This document shows positions 49,839 through 64,000 of a stretch of 64,000 nucleotides of DNA, in pieces (position 1 is the first letter of the stretch; the number at the start of each line of letters is the position of its first letter). This DNA comes from Eledone cirrhosa (Eukaryota). Position numbers and translations under genes: made by a program. Location: contig OZ024763.1 in assembly GCA_964016885.1 (NCBI GenBank), positions 12,214,001 through 12,278,000 of the forward strand. Reading direction: 5' to 3'. Below the pieces are notes generated by a model. The model was not told the DNA's origin, made no database searches, and was given only the letters and a program-made list of their open reading frames with translations.

Positions 49839-49990
49839 CAGTGAAATTGCGTTATAACAAAATTCACGAGGTATAAAGGAATATTCATTGTAACCAAAAA
49901 TTCTTTATAACGAGATCGACTTAAGACGTCGAGTGCATGGCTGGGGATTGAAAACAATATCCCTATACTGAAAAATTTGTTATAATGGTC
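49839..49990. mobile_element. pogo/Tigger-like MITE remnant
   Basis: TA|CAGTGAAATTGCGTTATAAC start and internal GTTATAA repeats. Right TIR unclear. Confidence 0.45.
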
Positions 49991-50652
49991 CACCCTCCCA
50001 CTTCCACCCACACCACCCTTTCCCTGTAAAGTTCTGTTGGTACCACAGAACATCCAGTCCACACTGTCATGTAGGTGTCACGACGAAAAGCACCCAGTCC
50101 ACGCTGTAAAGTGGTCGTGTAGGAGACACGGTAACAGGGCTCCCCAGTGTGGTTGGTGCAAGGAAGGGCATCCAGCCACAGAAAAGCTGCCAGATAGTTT
50201 CGTACGAGCGAGACACGGACTCCTGACCAATCTCGCCTCTAGTGGGACAATTCCCGCCTAACCCATGCCAGCGTGGAAGATAGACATTAAATGATGATGG
50301 TGATGATGATGATGATGATACAAATACACACACAGAGCTGCCCCTCTAACTAGTTATTTCTCCAAAGTTACTCATACATTTAATCCTCTATGTCATTTCT
50401 ACATACACGCTGAACACTTATGTAATTATATCCTAGAAATTAACTAAAATATCATTCTTATCTTTAACGACTTCCACATGTCAGTAATCAACAGAAACTA
50501 TAGGGTCCTTCTTATGCAAACCATGCATTTATCAAAGCGCTAATTTCCCAGTCTGTTTCATTGTTCATATATCCAGCAATCCTCGACTCCAAAAACGAAA
50601 TCCGTTCATTGCTATTACTGTTATTATTGGAAACACTGGTCCCCTAGTATGG

Positions 50653-50766
<114 letters not shown>

Positions 50767-50862
50767 TCAATCACCAGCTTTCTCTCTGATATATATATAT
50801 ATATAGTGTATATGTATATATATATAGAGAGAGAGAGTGTGTGTGTGAGTATGTATATATAT

Positions 50863-50907
<45 letters not shown>

Positions 50908-51094
50908 GGAGACTGTGTGTGTATATATGTGTATATATATATGTGTGTGTGTGTGTCATTGGTGAGTTAATTCAGTGTTAATTCTCTTGTCGTGCTATAT
51001 ATAATAAGGAAGGTGAAACAATTTCTGTGTTTAATTTGGCTGATAATGACAGGGTAATAGTTTCAAATTGGGGTGAAGTAGGTCTGAAATAATT

Positions 51095-53035
51095 TGGTGG
51101 AGGGGTGGTGTGGAGGTGGTGGTGGGGTGTTGAGGAGATGGTGTGTGTTTTAGGTGGTGGGGGTGTTGAAGAGGTAGTGTGTGTTGGTGGTGGGGTGTTC
51201 AGGAGGTGGTGTGTGTTGGTGGTGGGGTGTTGTGGAGGAGGAGGTGGGGTGTTGAGGAGGTAGTGTGTGTTGGTGGTGGGGTGTTGTGAGGTAGCGTGTG
51301 TTGGTGGTGGTTGGTATGTTAGCTGTCAATGAGTGGGTGGTGATACAATGACAAAGAGACACATTGACACACACACACACGCATATACAGACACACACAG
51401 GCAGGTATACACAAGGAGACACACACACACACACACACAGGCAGACACACACAGACATATATACGCACACACACGCATATACAGACACACACAGGCAGGT
51501 ATACACAGGGAGACACACACATGCACACACAGGCAGACACACACACAAACACACACAGGGAGACACACACTCTCAGTCAAACACACACAGACAGACAGAC
51601 ACACACACACTCAGTGGTGTAGGTGGTGGAGGAGGTCACAATTGTCTGGCCTTCCCTAATCTAACTACTGTAATTACTGAGCACCACAGTGCCTCATGCC
51701 AAATTGATGCCCTTTTCAATGACCTCTCCTACCACCACCAACACTACCATCAAATACTACTTCCAATACCACCACCAAACACCACTACCAATACCAATGC
51801 CACCATCAACCACTACCACCACCAAACAGCACTACCACCACCACCACCAAACACCACTACCAATACCACCACCAAACACCACCAACACCACCAACACCAC
51901 CACTACCAATGCCACCAAACACCACCACCACCAAACGCCAATACCACCACCAAACACCACTACCACTACCACTGCCACCATCAACCACTACCACCAAACA
52001 CCACCACCACCAAACGCCAATACCACCACCAAACACCACTACCAATACCACCACCAAACACCACTACCACCAAACACCACCACCACCAAACACCACTACC
52101 ACCACCACCACCAAACACCACTACCACCACCACCAAACACCACTACCACCACCACCACCACCAAACACCACTACCACCACCACCACCACCAAACACCACT
52201 ACCAATACCACAATCAACCACCACCACTACCAATACCACAATCAACCACCACCGCCATCACCACTACCAATACCACCACTACCCCCACTACAACCCCCAC
52301 CACATGTTCTATGACCCCTCCCTTCATTATAAACAGTTCCCTATTTCCATTAATATCTTACACTATAACAACACTATATAAAGTTACTGTTAGTTGTAAT
52401 AATTAAGTAAATCCCTGCAAATACTTCATTAAACCTTGTAACCCCAACCCACACCTGGTGGGGGAACAACACCACTTCAAGGGTTTCTTATTTCAACCTT
52501 CTAGTATGTTTATATCATCATCATCATTGTCATCATCACTACCACCATTGTCAACATCACCACCACCACCATCATCATCATCTCCATCATCACTATCATC
52601 ACCACCACAACCACCACCATCACCACCACCGCAACCACACCACCGCCACCACCACCATCATCACCACAACCACAACCATCACCACCATCACCTCAGCCAC
52701 CACCATCACCACCACCTCACCAACCACCACCATCACCTCAACCACCACCATCACCACCACCTCAACCACCACCACCACCACCACCTCAACCACAACCACC
52801 ACCACCACCTCAACCACCACCACCACCACCACCTCAACCACAACCACCACCACCACCTCAACCACCACCACCACCACCACCTCAACCACAACCACCACCA
52901 CCACCTCAACCACCACCACCACCACCACCTCAACCACCACCATCACCACAACCACCATCACCACCACCACAACCACCACCACCATCACCACCACCACCAC
53001 CACCATCATCATCACCACCACTACCACCACCATCC
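51095..53035. repeat. (GGT)n, (CA)n and (ACC)n-derived simple repeats
   Basis: Direct reading. Confidence 0.85.
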
Positions 53036-53677
53036 CCTGTTAGCAAGGGTTTACTATAATATATAATAATCATATGTTAACTTACTATCTTAGTAATGAA
53101 ATAATTAACAATTTTAGTAAATCCCTCCAACTTCTCCATTAATTAATTAAAATCTAGAGAGTATTTTATTAGAAATATAATCACAAATGGATTAAATTAA
53201 TTATGTTTTTATCATATTATTATTTATTTCTTTATTTTTAGTAATAATTATATTTTTGTATTTGGAATTATAATTTTATATTTTAATAATTTTTATTTTT
53301 TTAAAGTTTTAGATTTTTTTAAAAAGAAATATTTAATATTTTCTGCAAAGTTTATTGATGTGGTGTTGTGGGTGGCAACAGGAAAAGAGCTGTCAAGATT
53401 TCACTATAGTACTACTGTTAACCTCTACCCCACCCTTCTTTCTCACTCTACTGACACACATCCACCCATGACCACCCCACCCATCCATTATATTGTCAAA
53501 TTACTCTGCCATCCCTGTCACCCTACTCCACCTTGTGTAGTTAATCATATTTCCATTGTGTCCAGATAATGCTCCACCTCACCCTACTATTGTGTTATGT
53601 TGTGTGTGGTGGGGCACTTTCTGTGTGTATGTGTGTGATATAGGGCCTTGTATGTGCGTGTGTGTAGTAGCGGTTCT

Positions 53678-53709
<32 letters not shown>

Positions 53710-53814
53710 ATAGCAGCCCTTATATGTGGAGGTGTGTGTGGTTGGGGCATCCATGTGCTTGTTTGTGTGTGTGCGTTTCTAAATATTTCCATATTCTTGT
53801 TTCAAAATTATTTA

Positions 53815-54666
53815 AGACAGTGTCTTTCATTGGAAATCTGGTAATGAAAGGGTTAATGACATAGTCAGTGTCTTTCATTAGACATATGGTAGTGAAAGGA
53901 TTAAAGATATACACAGCGTCTTTCATTGGAAATATGGTAGTGAAAGGGTTAAAGACATATACAGTGTTTTTCATTAGAAATATGGTAGTGAAAGGGTTAA
54001 TGAGATAGACAGTGTCTTTCATTAGAAATATGGTAGTGAAAGGGTTAAAGACATAGACAGTGTCTTTCATTAGAAATATGGTAATGAAAGGGTAATGACA
54101 TAGACAGTGTCTTTCATTAGATATATGGTAATGAAAGGGTTAAAGACATAGACAGTGTTTTTCATTGGAAATATGGTAATGAAAGGGTTAATGACAGACA
54201 GTGTCTTTCATTAGAAATATAGTAATGAAAGGGTTAAAGACATAGACAGTGTCTTTCATTAGAAATATGGTAGTGAAAGGGTTAAAGACATAGACAGTGT
54301 CTTTCATTAGAAATATGGTAATGAAAGGGTTAATGACATAGACAGTGTCTTTCATTAGAAATATGGTAATGAAAGGGTTAATAACATAGACAGTGTCTTT
54401 CATTAGAAATATGGTAATGAAAGGGTTAATGACATAGACAGTGTCTTTCATTAGAAATATGGTAATGAAAGGGTTAATGACAGACAGTATCTTTCATTAG
54501 AAATATGGTAACGAAAGGGTTAATGACATAGACAGTGTCTTTCATTAGATATATGGTATGAAAGGGTTAATGACATAGACAGTGTCTTTCATTAGATATA
54601 TGGTATGAAAGGGTTAAAGACATAGACAGTGTCTTTCATTAGAAATATAGTAATGAAAGGGTTAAA
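53815..54666. repeat. 48-bp satellite, about 18 copies
   Basis: Unit GACATAGACAGTGTCTTTCATTAGAAATATGGTAATGAAAGGGTTAAT. Confidence 0.95.
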
Positions 54667-54779
54667 GTGTTTATACAAGCCTGTGAGTGTCACTTCATGG
54701 ACATTTGACTTGTTAGAAATTGAAGCCAAACCTCCCTCAAATCACACCCTACTGTCTTATATATATATTATATTGACTT

Positions 54780-55417
54780 GGTCTAAATAGCAGCTAAATC
54801 TCCCTCAAATCAAGCTCTACTGTCTTACATATCTCAACATGATAGAAATAGCAGCCAAATCTCCCTCAAATCACATCCTACTGTCTTATATATCTCAACA
54901 TGATAGAAATAGCAACCAAATCTCCCTCAAATCACACCCTACAGTCTTATATATCTCAACATGATAGAAATAGCAGCCAAATCTCCCTCAAATCACATCC
55001 TACTGTCTTATATATCTCAACATGGTAGAAATAGCAGCCAAATCTCCCTCAAATCACACCCTACTGTCTTATATATCTCAACATGGTAGAAATAGCAGCC
55101 AAATCTCCCTCAAATCAAGCTCTACTGTCTTATATATCTCAACATGGTAGAAATAGCAGCCAAATCTCACTCAAATCACACCCTACTGTCTTATATATCT
55201 CAACATGGTAGAAATAGCAGCCAAATCTCCCTCAAATCAAGCTCTACTGTCTTATATATCTCAACATGGTAGAAATAGCAGCCAAATCTCCCTCAAATCA
55301 AGCTCTACTGTCTTATATATCTCAACATGGTAGAAATAGCAGCCAAATCTCCCCCAAATCAAGCTCTACTGTCTTATATATCTCAACATGGTAGAAATAG
55401 CAGCCAAATCTCCCTCA
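54780..55417. repeat. 61-bp minisatellite, about 10 copies
   Basis: Unit TAGAAATAGCAGCCAAATCTCCCTCAAATCACACCCTACTGTCTTATATATCTCAACATGG, starting at 54843, 54904, 54965 and onward. Confidence 0.95.
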
Positions 55418-56373
55418 GTGGTGGTGTATGTGAGGGGGTGAAGATGTTCTCTAGGGATACCTCAACTGACTCCCTTTACATTTTTTTATTCTGAAACCGA
55501 AGAAGTCGACTCTTTATTTAAAAAAAAAAAAAAAAAAACAAACAAACAAACACCCCTCCCCCTCACTTTGTTGATGGACCCCCCTCACCCAACACCACCA
55601 CCTCCCCTTGAAATTGCAAGTGTGAAATAATAGTCAAGTGTGAGTAATTAGTTACACTCACCACTCCACCCCATTCTCTCTTAGGAATTCATTCAATTTT
55701 CTTGTAACAATTCTTCTTTTTCTTTGTCTATCTTCTTCTTCTTCTTCTTCTTCTTCTTCTTCTTCTTCTTCTTCTTCTTCTTCTCATTCTCTTCCTTCTC
55801 CTCCTCCTTCTCCTCACCATAATCAGTGACTCTCTCCCTTTCACCCAGTCACACCCCAGTGTTGTGTTCACTCCCCCCACCCCCACACACACCATATCCG
55901 CCCTCCCCCTCTATTGTCTTATTTTGTAAGGAACTGGTAACATCAGTGATGGGTGTCTTCTCTCTAAAGTAGGAATCTCACCATAACATCTGCACACACA
56001 TACACACGCACATGCACATACACACACATGCACACATACACACACATGCACACATACACTTACATACACACACACACGCTGACACACTTTCATACACATA
56101 TGCAGGTATATGTACACATGCACACACATGTATACACACACTCTTAAACACATATAAAGACACACAATATTAACTAATAAGTCTACACCATGTATTGAGT
56201 ACTCTTCCCATTGATAAGTATATGTAACTGCGTGTGTGTGTATGTATGTGTATGTGTGTGTGTGTGTATGTATGTGTGAGAGGGAGAGGGAGAGACAGAT
56301 AAAAAGATATAGTAAAGATATATTGTACCCTACTTTTCTTTAGATATATATCCACCCTTAAGTGTGCACCCCT

Positions 56374-56410
<37 letters not shown>

Positions 56411-56844
56411 GCCAGCATCATCATAACTCTATCTCTCTCTCTAGTCATCATCATCATCATCATAACTCTATCTCTCTCTCTCTAGCCATCATCATCATCA
56501 TAACTCTATCTCTTTCTCTCTCTAGCCATCACCATCACTCTCTCTCTCTCTCGCCATCATCATCACTCGCTCTCTCTCTATCCATTATCACCATCACTCT
56601 CTCTCTCTCTCTCTAGCCTTCATCATCATAACTTTCTCTCTCTCTAGCCATCATCATTATCACCCACTCTCTCCGTCTAGCCATCATCATCACAGCAGTT
56701 GAACTAGATAAATTAGGGCTCAACACACCCCTATTAATTGCAATGAACTCTGCCTTCTGAACTGTACTTAATTCCCTGTGACCAACCAATACAACCTGGT
56801 ACACTCTGTTGACAGGCAGAGTTGATAGAATGTTGGATATAGAG

Positions 56845-57665
56845 CAGAGGTTCTCAAAGTGGGCGCTACTGCTCTCAAGGGGGTGCTGAGAAGGTCCAGG
56901 GAAGGCCTAAGGGGTGGTGGGAGGTGGTAGAGATGATATAATAGTATATTAGATATCAAATGATACATATATAATTTATTATATATATATATATTACTTT
57001 TGGGAGGCTCCCATACAGCTCTGAGTTCTTCATCCTCAGTGTATACTGATTAATGTTCAGAGCCATCCTCAGCATTCTCGTGTAGCACCCATCCACCATC
57101 TGAGTGAGTTTCTTGGTCAGTGTCCAAGTCTCAGACCCGTACAAGCAGCACATACTCCACTACAGCAATGAAGAGGCGGATCTTCAGGTCTTTATGAAGG
57201 TCTGACTTCCACACCGATCTCAAGCTGTGGCACACCGCCCAGACTATGCTCTTCCTCTCGACCACATCATCTTCCGTATTCCCAATCTTTGCTCCCAGAT
57301 ACAGGAATTCCTCAACCAATTCTAGCGGCTTCCTGCCTACATTAGTAATCCCTACATGGGCACACTGGAAGAGGAAGACCGAGGTTAACATATGTTGATG
57401 CCCTAAGGACAGACACTGGTCTGTTGGAGACGCAAGGCATGGCAGCTATAATGAGGGACAGAGACTGCTGGAGAGAACTCGTCCATGGATCTCGGGAATT
57501 TTACCTGCTCTAGATAGATAGATATATATATTAACAATTTTATTTATTATATATCATTTACAATTTGCATGTAGACAGGTCTCTCTGGAAATAGGGGTGG
57601 GGGTGCTGAGAATATTACATGGCCGTGAGGAGGGGGCAGTGACCCTAGAAGTCTAAGAACCTCTG
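56845..57665. mobile_element. hAT/Charlie-like MITE hosting a LINE insertion
   Basis: TIRs CAGAGGTTCT / AGAACCTCTG. 8-bp TSD ATATAGAG / ATATAAAG (7 of 8 match). Confidence 0.7.
56995..57512. mobile_element. RTE-like LINE 3' fragment with a 5' inversion
   Basis: 56995-57350 on minus reads ..EEFLYLG..YGSETW..LPKV. 57350-57512 on plus reads LHGHTGRGRPRLTYVD..EFYLL*. Confidence 0.85.
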
Positions 57666-58009
57666 ATATAAAGGGAGAAATGTCTCCAGTACTAGACTGA
57701 TTTTTTTTTTTTTATCTATCTTGAAAGGGTGAAAGGCAAGTTAACCTTGGTGGAATTTGAAGTTGGAGGTCAACTTTGTCTCTCATCCTTTTGAAATTGA
57801 TAAATAAAAAAAAAGTACCAGTCTAGTAGTACTGGGGTCATTTCTTTCTCTTTCTCACTTCCTCTCTAACACTTTCTAGCCTTCTCTGGAAGAAATAGAC
57901 TATGTTCAGACCTGGAGAGGGTTGGGCCCTGCTAGGCTTTAAAACGTCCCCAAGTAATGCTGGATGGCACTATGGGGCACTTACAATATCAAGAGTTATG
58001 GGACCAGAC

Positions 58010-58838
58010 ATACACTGCCAATAACACTGTTGTTAATTTACACTGACCAATGAGAGACAACTACACTGGCAATAACACTGTTGTTAATTTAGACTGACCA
58101 ATGAGAGACAACTACACTGCCAATAACACTGCTGTTAATTTACACTGATCAATGGGAGACAACTACACTGCCAATAACACTGTTGTTAATTTACACTGAC
58201 CAAATGAGACAAACTACACTGGCAATAACACTGTTGTTAATTTACACTGACCAATGGGAGACAACTACACTGCCAATAACACTGTTGTTAATTTACACTG
58301 ACCAAATGAGACAAACTACACTGGCAATAACACTGTTGTTAATTTACACTGACCAATGGGAAACAACTACACTGCCAATAACACTGTTGTTAATTTACAC
58401 TGACCAAATGAGACAAACTACACTGGCAATAACACTGTTGTTAATTTACACTGACCAATGGGAGACAACTACACTGCCAATAACACTGTTGTTAATTTAC
58501 ACTGACCAAATGAGACAAACTACACTGGCAATAACACTGTTGTTAATTTACACTGACCAATGGGAGACAACTACACTGCCAATAACACTGTTGTTAATTT
58601 ACACTGACCAATGAGAGACAACTACACTGCCAACTACACTGTTGTTAATTTACACTGACCAATGGGAGACAACTACACTGCCAATAACACTGTTGTTAAT
58701 TTACACTGACCAAATGAGACAAACTACACTGGCAATAACACTGTTGTTAATTTACACTGACCAATGGGAGACAACTACACTGCCAATAACACTGTTGTTA
58801 ATTTACACTGACCATTGGGAGACAACTACACTGCCAAC
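58010..58838. repeat. 51-bp minisatellite, about 16 copies, with alternating A/B variants
   Basis: Unit ACACTG(C/G)CAATAACACTGTTGTTAATTTACACTGACCAA(TGGGAGAC/ATGAGACA)AACT. Confidence 0.93.
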
Positions 58839-59078
58839 GAAAGTGTAGATGTCTCGACCTTTAAATCAAAATGTCACCCATCTCAATAACAAACTTGACC
58901 AGACAGCTGTTATATATGTATGTGTGTGTACATATATATTATATATAGAATGTGTCTGTATGTACATGTGTGTGTGTGTATATATTATATAAATCTATAC
59001 ATATATATGTCTGTATATATATATGTTCGTGTGGGTATTTAAGTACATATGTGTGTATGTATATATATGAATATATAA

Positions 59079-59145
<67 letters not shown>

Positions 59146-59839
59146 ATACTCATGCACATATATAATTGCCTCAGGAAGTACAGAACAGCATTTCCTGTAA
59201 GCTGTCTCTATGCCCTTCAATCAGTACCGCCACCAACACCACCTCCACTGCCACCAACACCACCTCCACCACCACCACCACAAACAAACACCTCCACCAC
59301 CACCACCACCACAAACACCTCAACCAGCTCCCACTACTGCTACCACCACCACCACCACCACCACCACAAACACCTGCACCAACTCCACCACCACTGCTAC
59401 CACCACCACTCCCATCACTACCGCCACCACCACATTCTCCACTACCAACAGCGCCACCACCAGCTGCTGTCATAGTCCTGAAAATTCCTTGTATTTAATT
59501 ATATATTACAGCTAACTTGTTAATAATTGAAGCTTGTGAGTCAATGTGTATTGGGGAATCTCAGATAAACTTAGTGTAGTTATAACTACAGTTTATACAC
59601 CTCTCAACCCCTCCGCTAATTACTGTGTGTCACTTGCAACATGTCGTTCAATGTGTAACTTTAACCCTTTTGATGTCAAACCACCTAAAATTACCCCTCA
59701 ATTTATGATACAAAACTGCTCATTTCGAAATATTTATACTGATATAAAACCTTTCCATCAAGTTTCTTTCAGAAATATCTAAATAATGTCCTAAATATCA
59801 ACTTACTCCAAATATTTAATTATTTTCAAAATTAACTGA

Positions 59840-61645
59840 AACAGATAGACAGTATCTTTCATTAGAAATCTGGTAATGAAAGGGTTAATGACATAGACAG
59901 TCTCTTTCATTAGAAATCTGGTAATGACAGGGTTAATGACATAGACAGTGTCTTTCATTAGATATATGGTAGTGAAAGGGTTAATGACATAGACAGTGTC
60001 TTTCATTAGAAATATGGTAATGAAAGGGTTAATGGCATAGACAGTGTCTTTCATTAGAAATATGGCAATGAAAGGGTTAATGACATAGGCAGTGTCTTTC
60101 ATTAGATATATGGCAGTGAAAGGGTTAATGGCATAGACAGTGTCTTTCATTGGAAATATGGAAATGAATGGGTTAATGACATAGACAGTGTCTTTCATTA
60201 GATATATGGAAATGAATGGGTTAATGACATAGACAGTGTCTTTCATTAGATATATGGAAATGAATGGGTTAATGACATAGTGTCTTTCATTAGATATATG
60301 GTAATGAAAGGGTTAAAGACATAGTGTCTTTCATTAGATATATGGTAGTGAAAGGGTTAATGACATAGACAGTGTCTTTCATTAGAAATATGGTAATGAA
60401 AGGGTTAAAGACATAGACAGTGTCTTTCATTAGAAATATGGTAATGAAAGGGTTAAAGACATAGACAGTGTCTTTCATTAGACATATGGTAATGAAAGGG
60501 TTAATGACATAGACAGTGTCTTTCATTAGACATATGGTAGTGAAAGGTTTAATGACATAGACAGTATCTTTTATTAGATATATGGTAGTGAAAGGGTTAA
60601 TGACATAGACAGTGTCTTTCATTAGAAATATGGTAATGAAAGGGTTAATGACATAGACAGTGTCTTTCATTAGAAATATGGTAATGAAAGGGTTAATGAC
60701 ATAGACAGTGTCTTTCATTAGAAATATGGTAATGAAAGGGTTAAAGACATAGACAGTGTCTTTCATTAGAAATATGGTAATGAAAGGGTTAATGACATAG
60801 ACAGTGTCTTTCATTAGACATATGGTAATGAAAGGGTTAATGACATAGACAGTGTCTTTCATTAGAAATATGTTAATGAAGGGTTAATGATATAGACAGT
60901 GTCTTTCATTAGAAATATGTTAATGAAGGGTTAATGACATAGACAGTGTCTTTCATTAGACATATGGTAATGAAAGGGTTAATGACATAGACAGTGTCTT
61001 TCATTAGAAATATGTTAATGAAAGGTTAATGATATAGACAGTGTCTTTCATTAGAAATATGTTAATGAAGGGTTAATGACATAGACAGTGTCTTTCATTA
61101 GACATATGGTAATGAAAGGGTTAATGACATAGACAGTGTCTTTCATTAGAAATATGTTAATGAAGGGTTAATGACATAGACAGTGTCTTCCATTAGAAAT
61201 ATGTTAATGAAGGGTTAATGATATAGACAGTGTCTTTCATTAGAAATATGTTAATGAAGGGTTAATGACATAGACAGTGTCTTTCATTAGAAATATGTTA
61301 ATGAAGGGTTAATGACATAGACAGTGTCTTTCATTAGAAATATGTTAATGAAGGGTTAATGACATAGACAGTGTCTTTCATTAGAAATATGTTAATGAAG
61401 GGTTAATGACATAGACAGTGTCTTTCATTAGAAATATGTTAATGAAGGGTTAATGACATAGACAGTGTCTTTCATTAGAAATATGTTAATGAAGGGTTAA
61501 TGACATAGACAGTGTCTTTCATTAGAAATATGTTAATGAAGGGTTAATGACATAGACAGTGTCTTTCATTAGAAATATGTTAATGAAGGGTTAATGACAT
61601 AGACAGTGTCTTTCATTAGAAATATGTTAATGAAGGGTTAATGAC
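59840..61645. repeat. 48/47-bp satellite, about 37 copies (same family as 53815-54666)
   Basis: Same unit. A 47-bp variant (ATGTTAATGAAGGG) dominates after about 60870. Confidence 0.95.
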
Positions 61646-61939
61646 ATATCCCCATCACAGAGATCCAACCATCTGTCTTAATAGTAATATGATAGCCTTT
61701 AAGTAAGAAATATCTATGCAGAGATAGGCACCCATCGGTCATCACTGACCACAGGTCCTTGGGTTTGTATCTAGAAAGTTCCTCTACAAAGTAGAAGACT
61801 GACCAGGCGCTGGTGTGAGGGCTGTGCAAGACCAACAGTTGACCACTGCTTGTCAGTCACCCTTCTCTATATGACACCGATGTTGTGTAAGGGTAAGCAA
61901 AGACTGATACACCTTGGCACCAGTGTCATCACAACTTAT

Positions 61940-62390
61940 ATATGTGGTGGTTGTAGTGGTATTGGTGGTGGTAGTGGTATAGGTGGTGGTGGTTGTAGTG
62001 GTATAGGTGGTGGTGGTGGTGCTGGTTGTAGTGGTGGTGGTATGTTTTTTTTTTTTGGGGGGGGGGGTTAGTGGTGTTGTTATGGTGGTAGTGTTGTGAT
62101 GTTGGTGGTGTTGTGATGGTGGTAGTGTTGTTGTGGTGGTGGTGGTGGTGGTGTTGTGATGGTGGTGGTGTTGTTGTGATGGTGGTAGTGGTATTGTGAT
62201 GGTGGTGGTAGTGGTATTGTGATGGTGGTAGTGTTGTTGTGATGGTGGTAGTAGTATTGTGATGACGGTGGTAGTGGTGTTGTAGTGATGGTGGTGGTGG
62301 TGTTGTGATGACGGTGGTAGTGGTGTTGTAGTGACGGTGGTAGTGTTGTTGTTGTGACGGTGGTGTTGATGTTGTGATGACGTTGATGCT
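61940..62390. repeat. (GGT/GTT)n-derived simple repeat
   Basis: Direct reading. Confidence 0.85.
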
Positions 62391-62874
62391 AATTCATCAT
62401 GCAACATGCTGTGTTGGCCTTCACCTTTCCATTCCTAATTTCAAGTCTACTTGAAGAGGTTGGCTGAATATGTGAGAGATATGGGTGGGGAAGGGGTACT
62501 TTGCTTATTTAATTTCAAATTAGTTTTTCAAATCCTTATTTTGATTGCTTGCTAATAATTTCATCCCATCAAATAAATAAATAAACACTTAAAATGGTGT
62601 GAAAAACTTGATGGCAACAAATAAATCTTGAAAAGTTCTTTAAAGAGTTCTTTAAAGGCCATTAGAGTGTTATATGATGCCAGTAATATTTTCGGTAATT
62701 GAGAACCAGCCAGGAGAATAATCCCTGAAAGTAATTCTAGGTTTACAGTTCTTCCCTGTACCCCCAAGGGTGTGGTGGGGTGGAGGAAGAGTTGGTGGGA
62801 TTGGGTTGGGTTGGTGGGGTTTGGGTTGGGTTGGGTTGGAATTAGCTCTTAAATAACTGCTACTGTCCAATGCT

Positions 62875-63535
62875 AACCACCACTATCACCAACACCAATA
62901 CTAACCACCAACACCACCACTACCACCATCACCAATACTAACCATCACTACCACCACTACCACCATCACCACCATCACCAATAACAACCACCACTACCAC
63001 CAACACCAATACTAACCACCAACACCACCACTACCACCATCACCAATACTAACCATCACTACCACCAACATCAATACTAACCACCAACACCACACTAACA
63101 CCACCACTACCACCAACACCACCACCACACCAAAACCACAAACACCACCACACTAACACCACCACTACCACCACCACACTAACACAACCACTACCACTAA
63201 CACCACCACCACACTAACACCAACACCACACTACCACTAACACCACCACTACCACCAACACCACTAACACCACCACACCAACACCACCACCACCACTACG
63301 ACTAACACCACCACACTAACACCACCACACTAACACCACCACCACACTAACACCACCACTACCACCAACACCATCACACTAACACCACCACTACCACCAA
63401 CACCACCACACTAACACCACCACCACACTAACACCACCACTACCACTAACACCACCACACCACCACACCACCACCACGCCAACACCACCACCACACCAAC
63501 ACCACCACCACCACCACCACTACCACCACCACCTC
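62875..63535. repeat. (ACC/ACT)n-derived simple repeat
   Basis: Direct reading. Confidence 0.85.
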
Positions 63536-63876
63536 CAATGTAACTATAGTTTCAGATCAGGGACTAACATATATCTCCCAAGTGAGAACACCCTCTCCTC
63601 TCCCTTTCCCTCTCTTTCTTCGGAAGTTCCTTAATTTGTAAGTCAATATTGGGTGAGGTGGGACTGAGGGGGGTGATAGCGTCTTTAGGGTCAGACTCCA
63701 CTCTAGTCTCAGTCGCACCACAGCCAAAACAACACTCCACTCATGTTTGATATAACAATCTCTCTCTCTCTCTCCCCCCTCTCTCTATCTCTCCATCCTA
63801 TCTCCCCTGCCTCTCTTTTTCTCTGTCTTTGTCTTGCTAAATTCGTCTGCATCTCTTTCTCTCTCTCATTCTGTCT

Positions 63877-64000
63877 GCACCCAGTACACCCTGTAAAGTG
63901 GTAGTGGTGGTGCCATGATAATATACACCCAGTACACCCTGTAAAGTGGTAGTGGTAGTGCCATGATAATATACACCCAGTACACCCTGTAAAGTTGTAG
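63877..64000 (+). repeat. About 47-bp tandem repeat derived from the SINE A body, continuing beyond the window
   Basis: Unit CACCCAGTACACCCTGTAAAGTGGTAGTGGTGGTGCCATGATAATATA resembles the family A GCACCCAGC..CTGTAAAGTGG..GGTGCCA segment. Confidence 0.7.

Noticed and set aside
59803-60862. 16-aa repeat ORFs (MKDTVYVINPF...)
   Set aside because: By-product of a 48-bp unit. The frame is broken freely by 47-bp and 44-bp variants.

Overview
Eukaryotic, very repeat-rich animal DNA. The SINE, LINE and microsatellite content suggests a coleoid cephalopod such as Octopus (inference). The window reads mostly as one large intronic or intergenic stretch. The only credible host-gene feature is a 372-bp proline-rich + strand exon (2066-2437). 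It contains an almost intact ORF2 of a Tx1/L1-clade LINE (13501-17184, minus) plus many 3' stubs set in (TATC)n or (ATT)n tracts. Also present are fragments of RTE-, CR1- and R4-like LINEs, two tRNA-derived SINE families, a decayed mariner, hAT/piggyBac/pogo-type MITEs and many minisatellites seeded from transposon ends. The most unusual signal is a set of small hammerhead-ribozyme (HHR) elements of Penelope/retrozyme type in (TA)n tracts. Some carry complete type I HHRs, one palindrome carries two divergent HHRs, and several unrelated families have the 3' half of the HHR fused to its own reverse complement at stem II. Nearly all other ORFs in the track are low-complexity artefacts. All structures were read by eye, with no database search or folding software.
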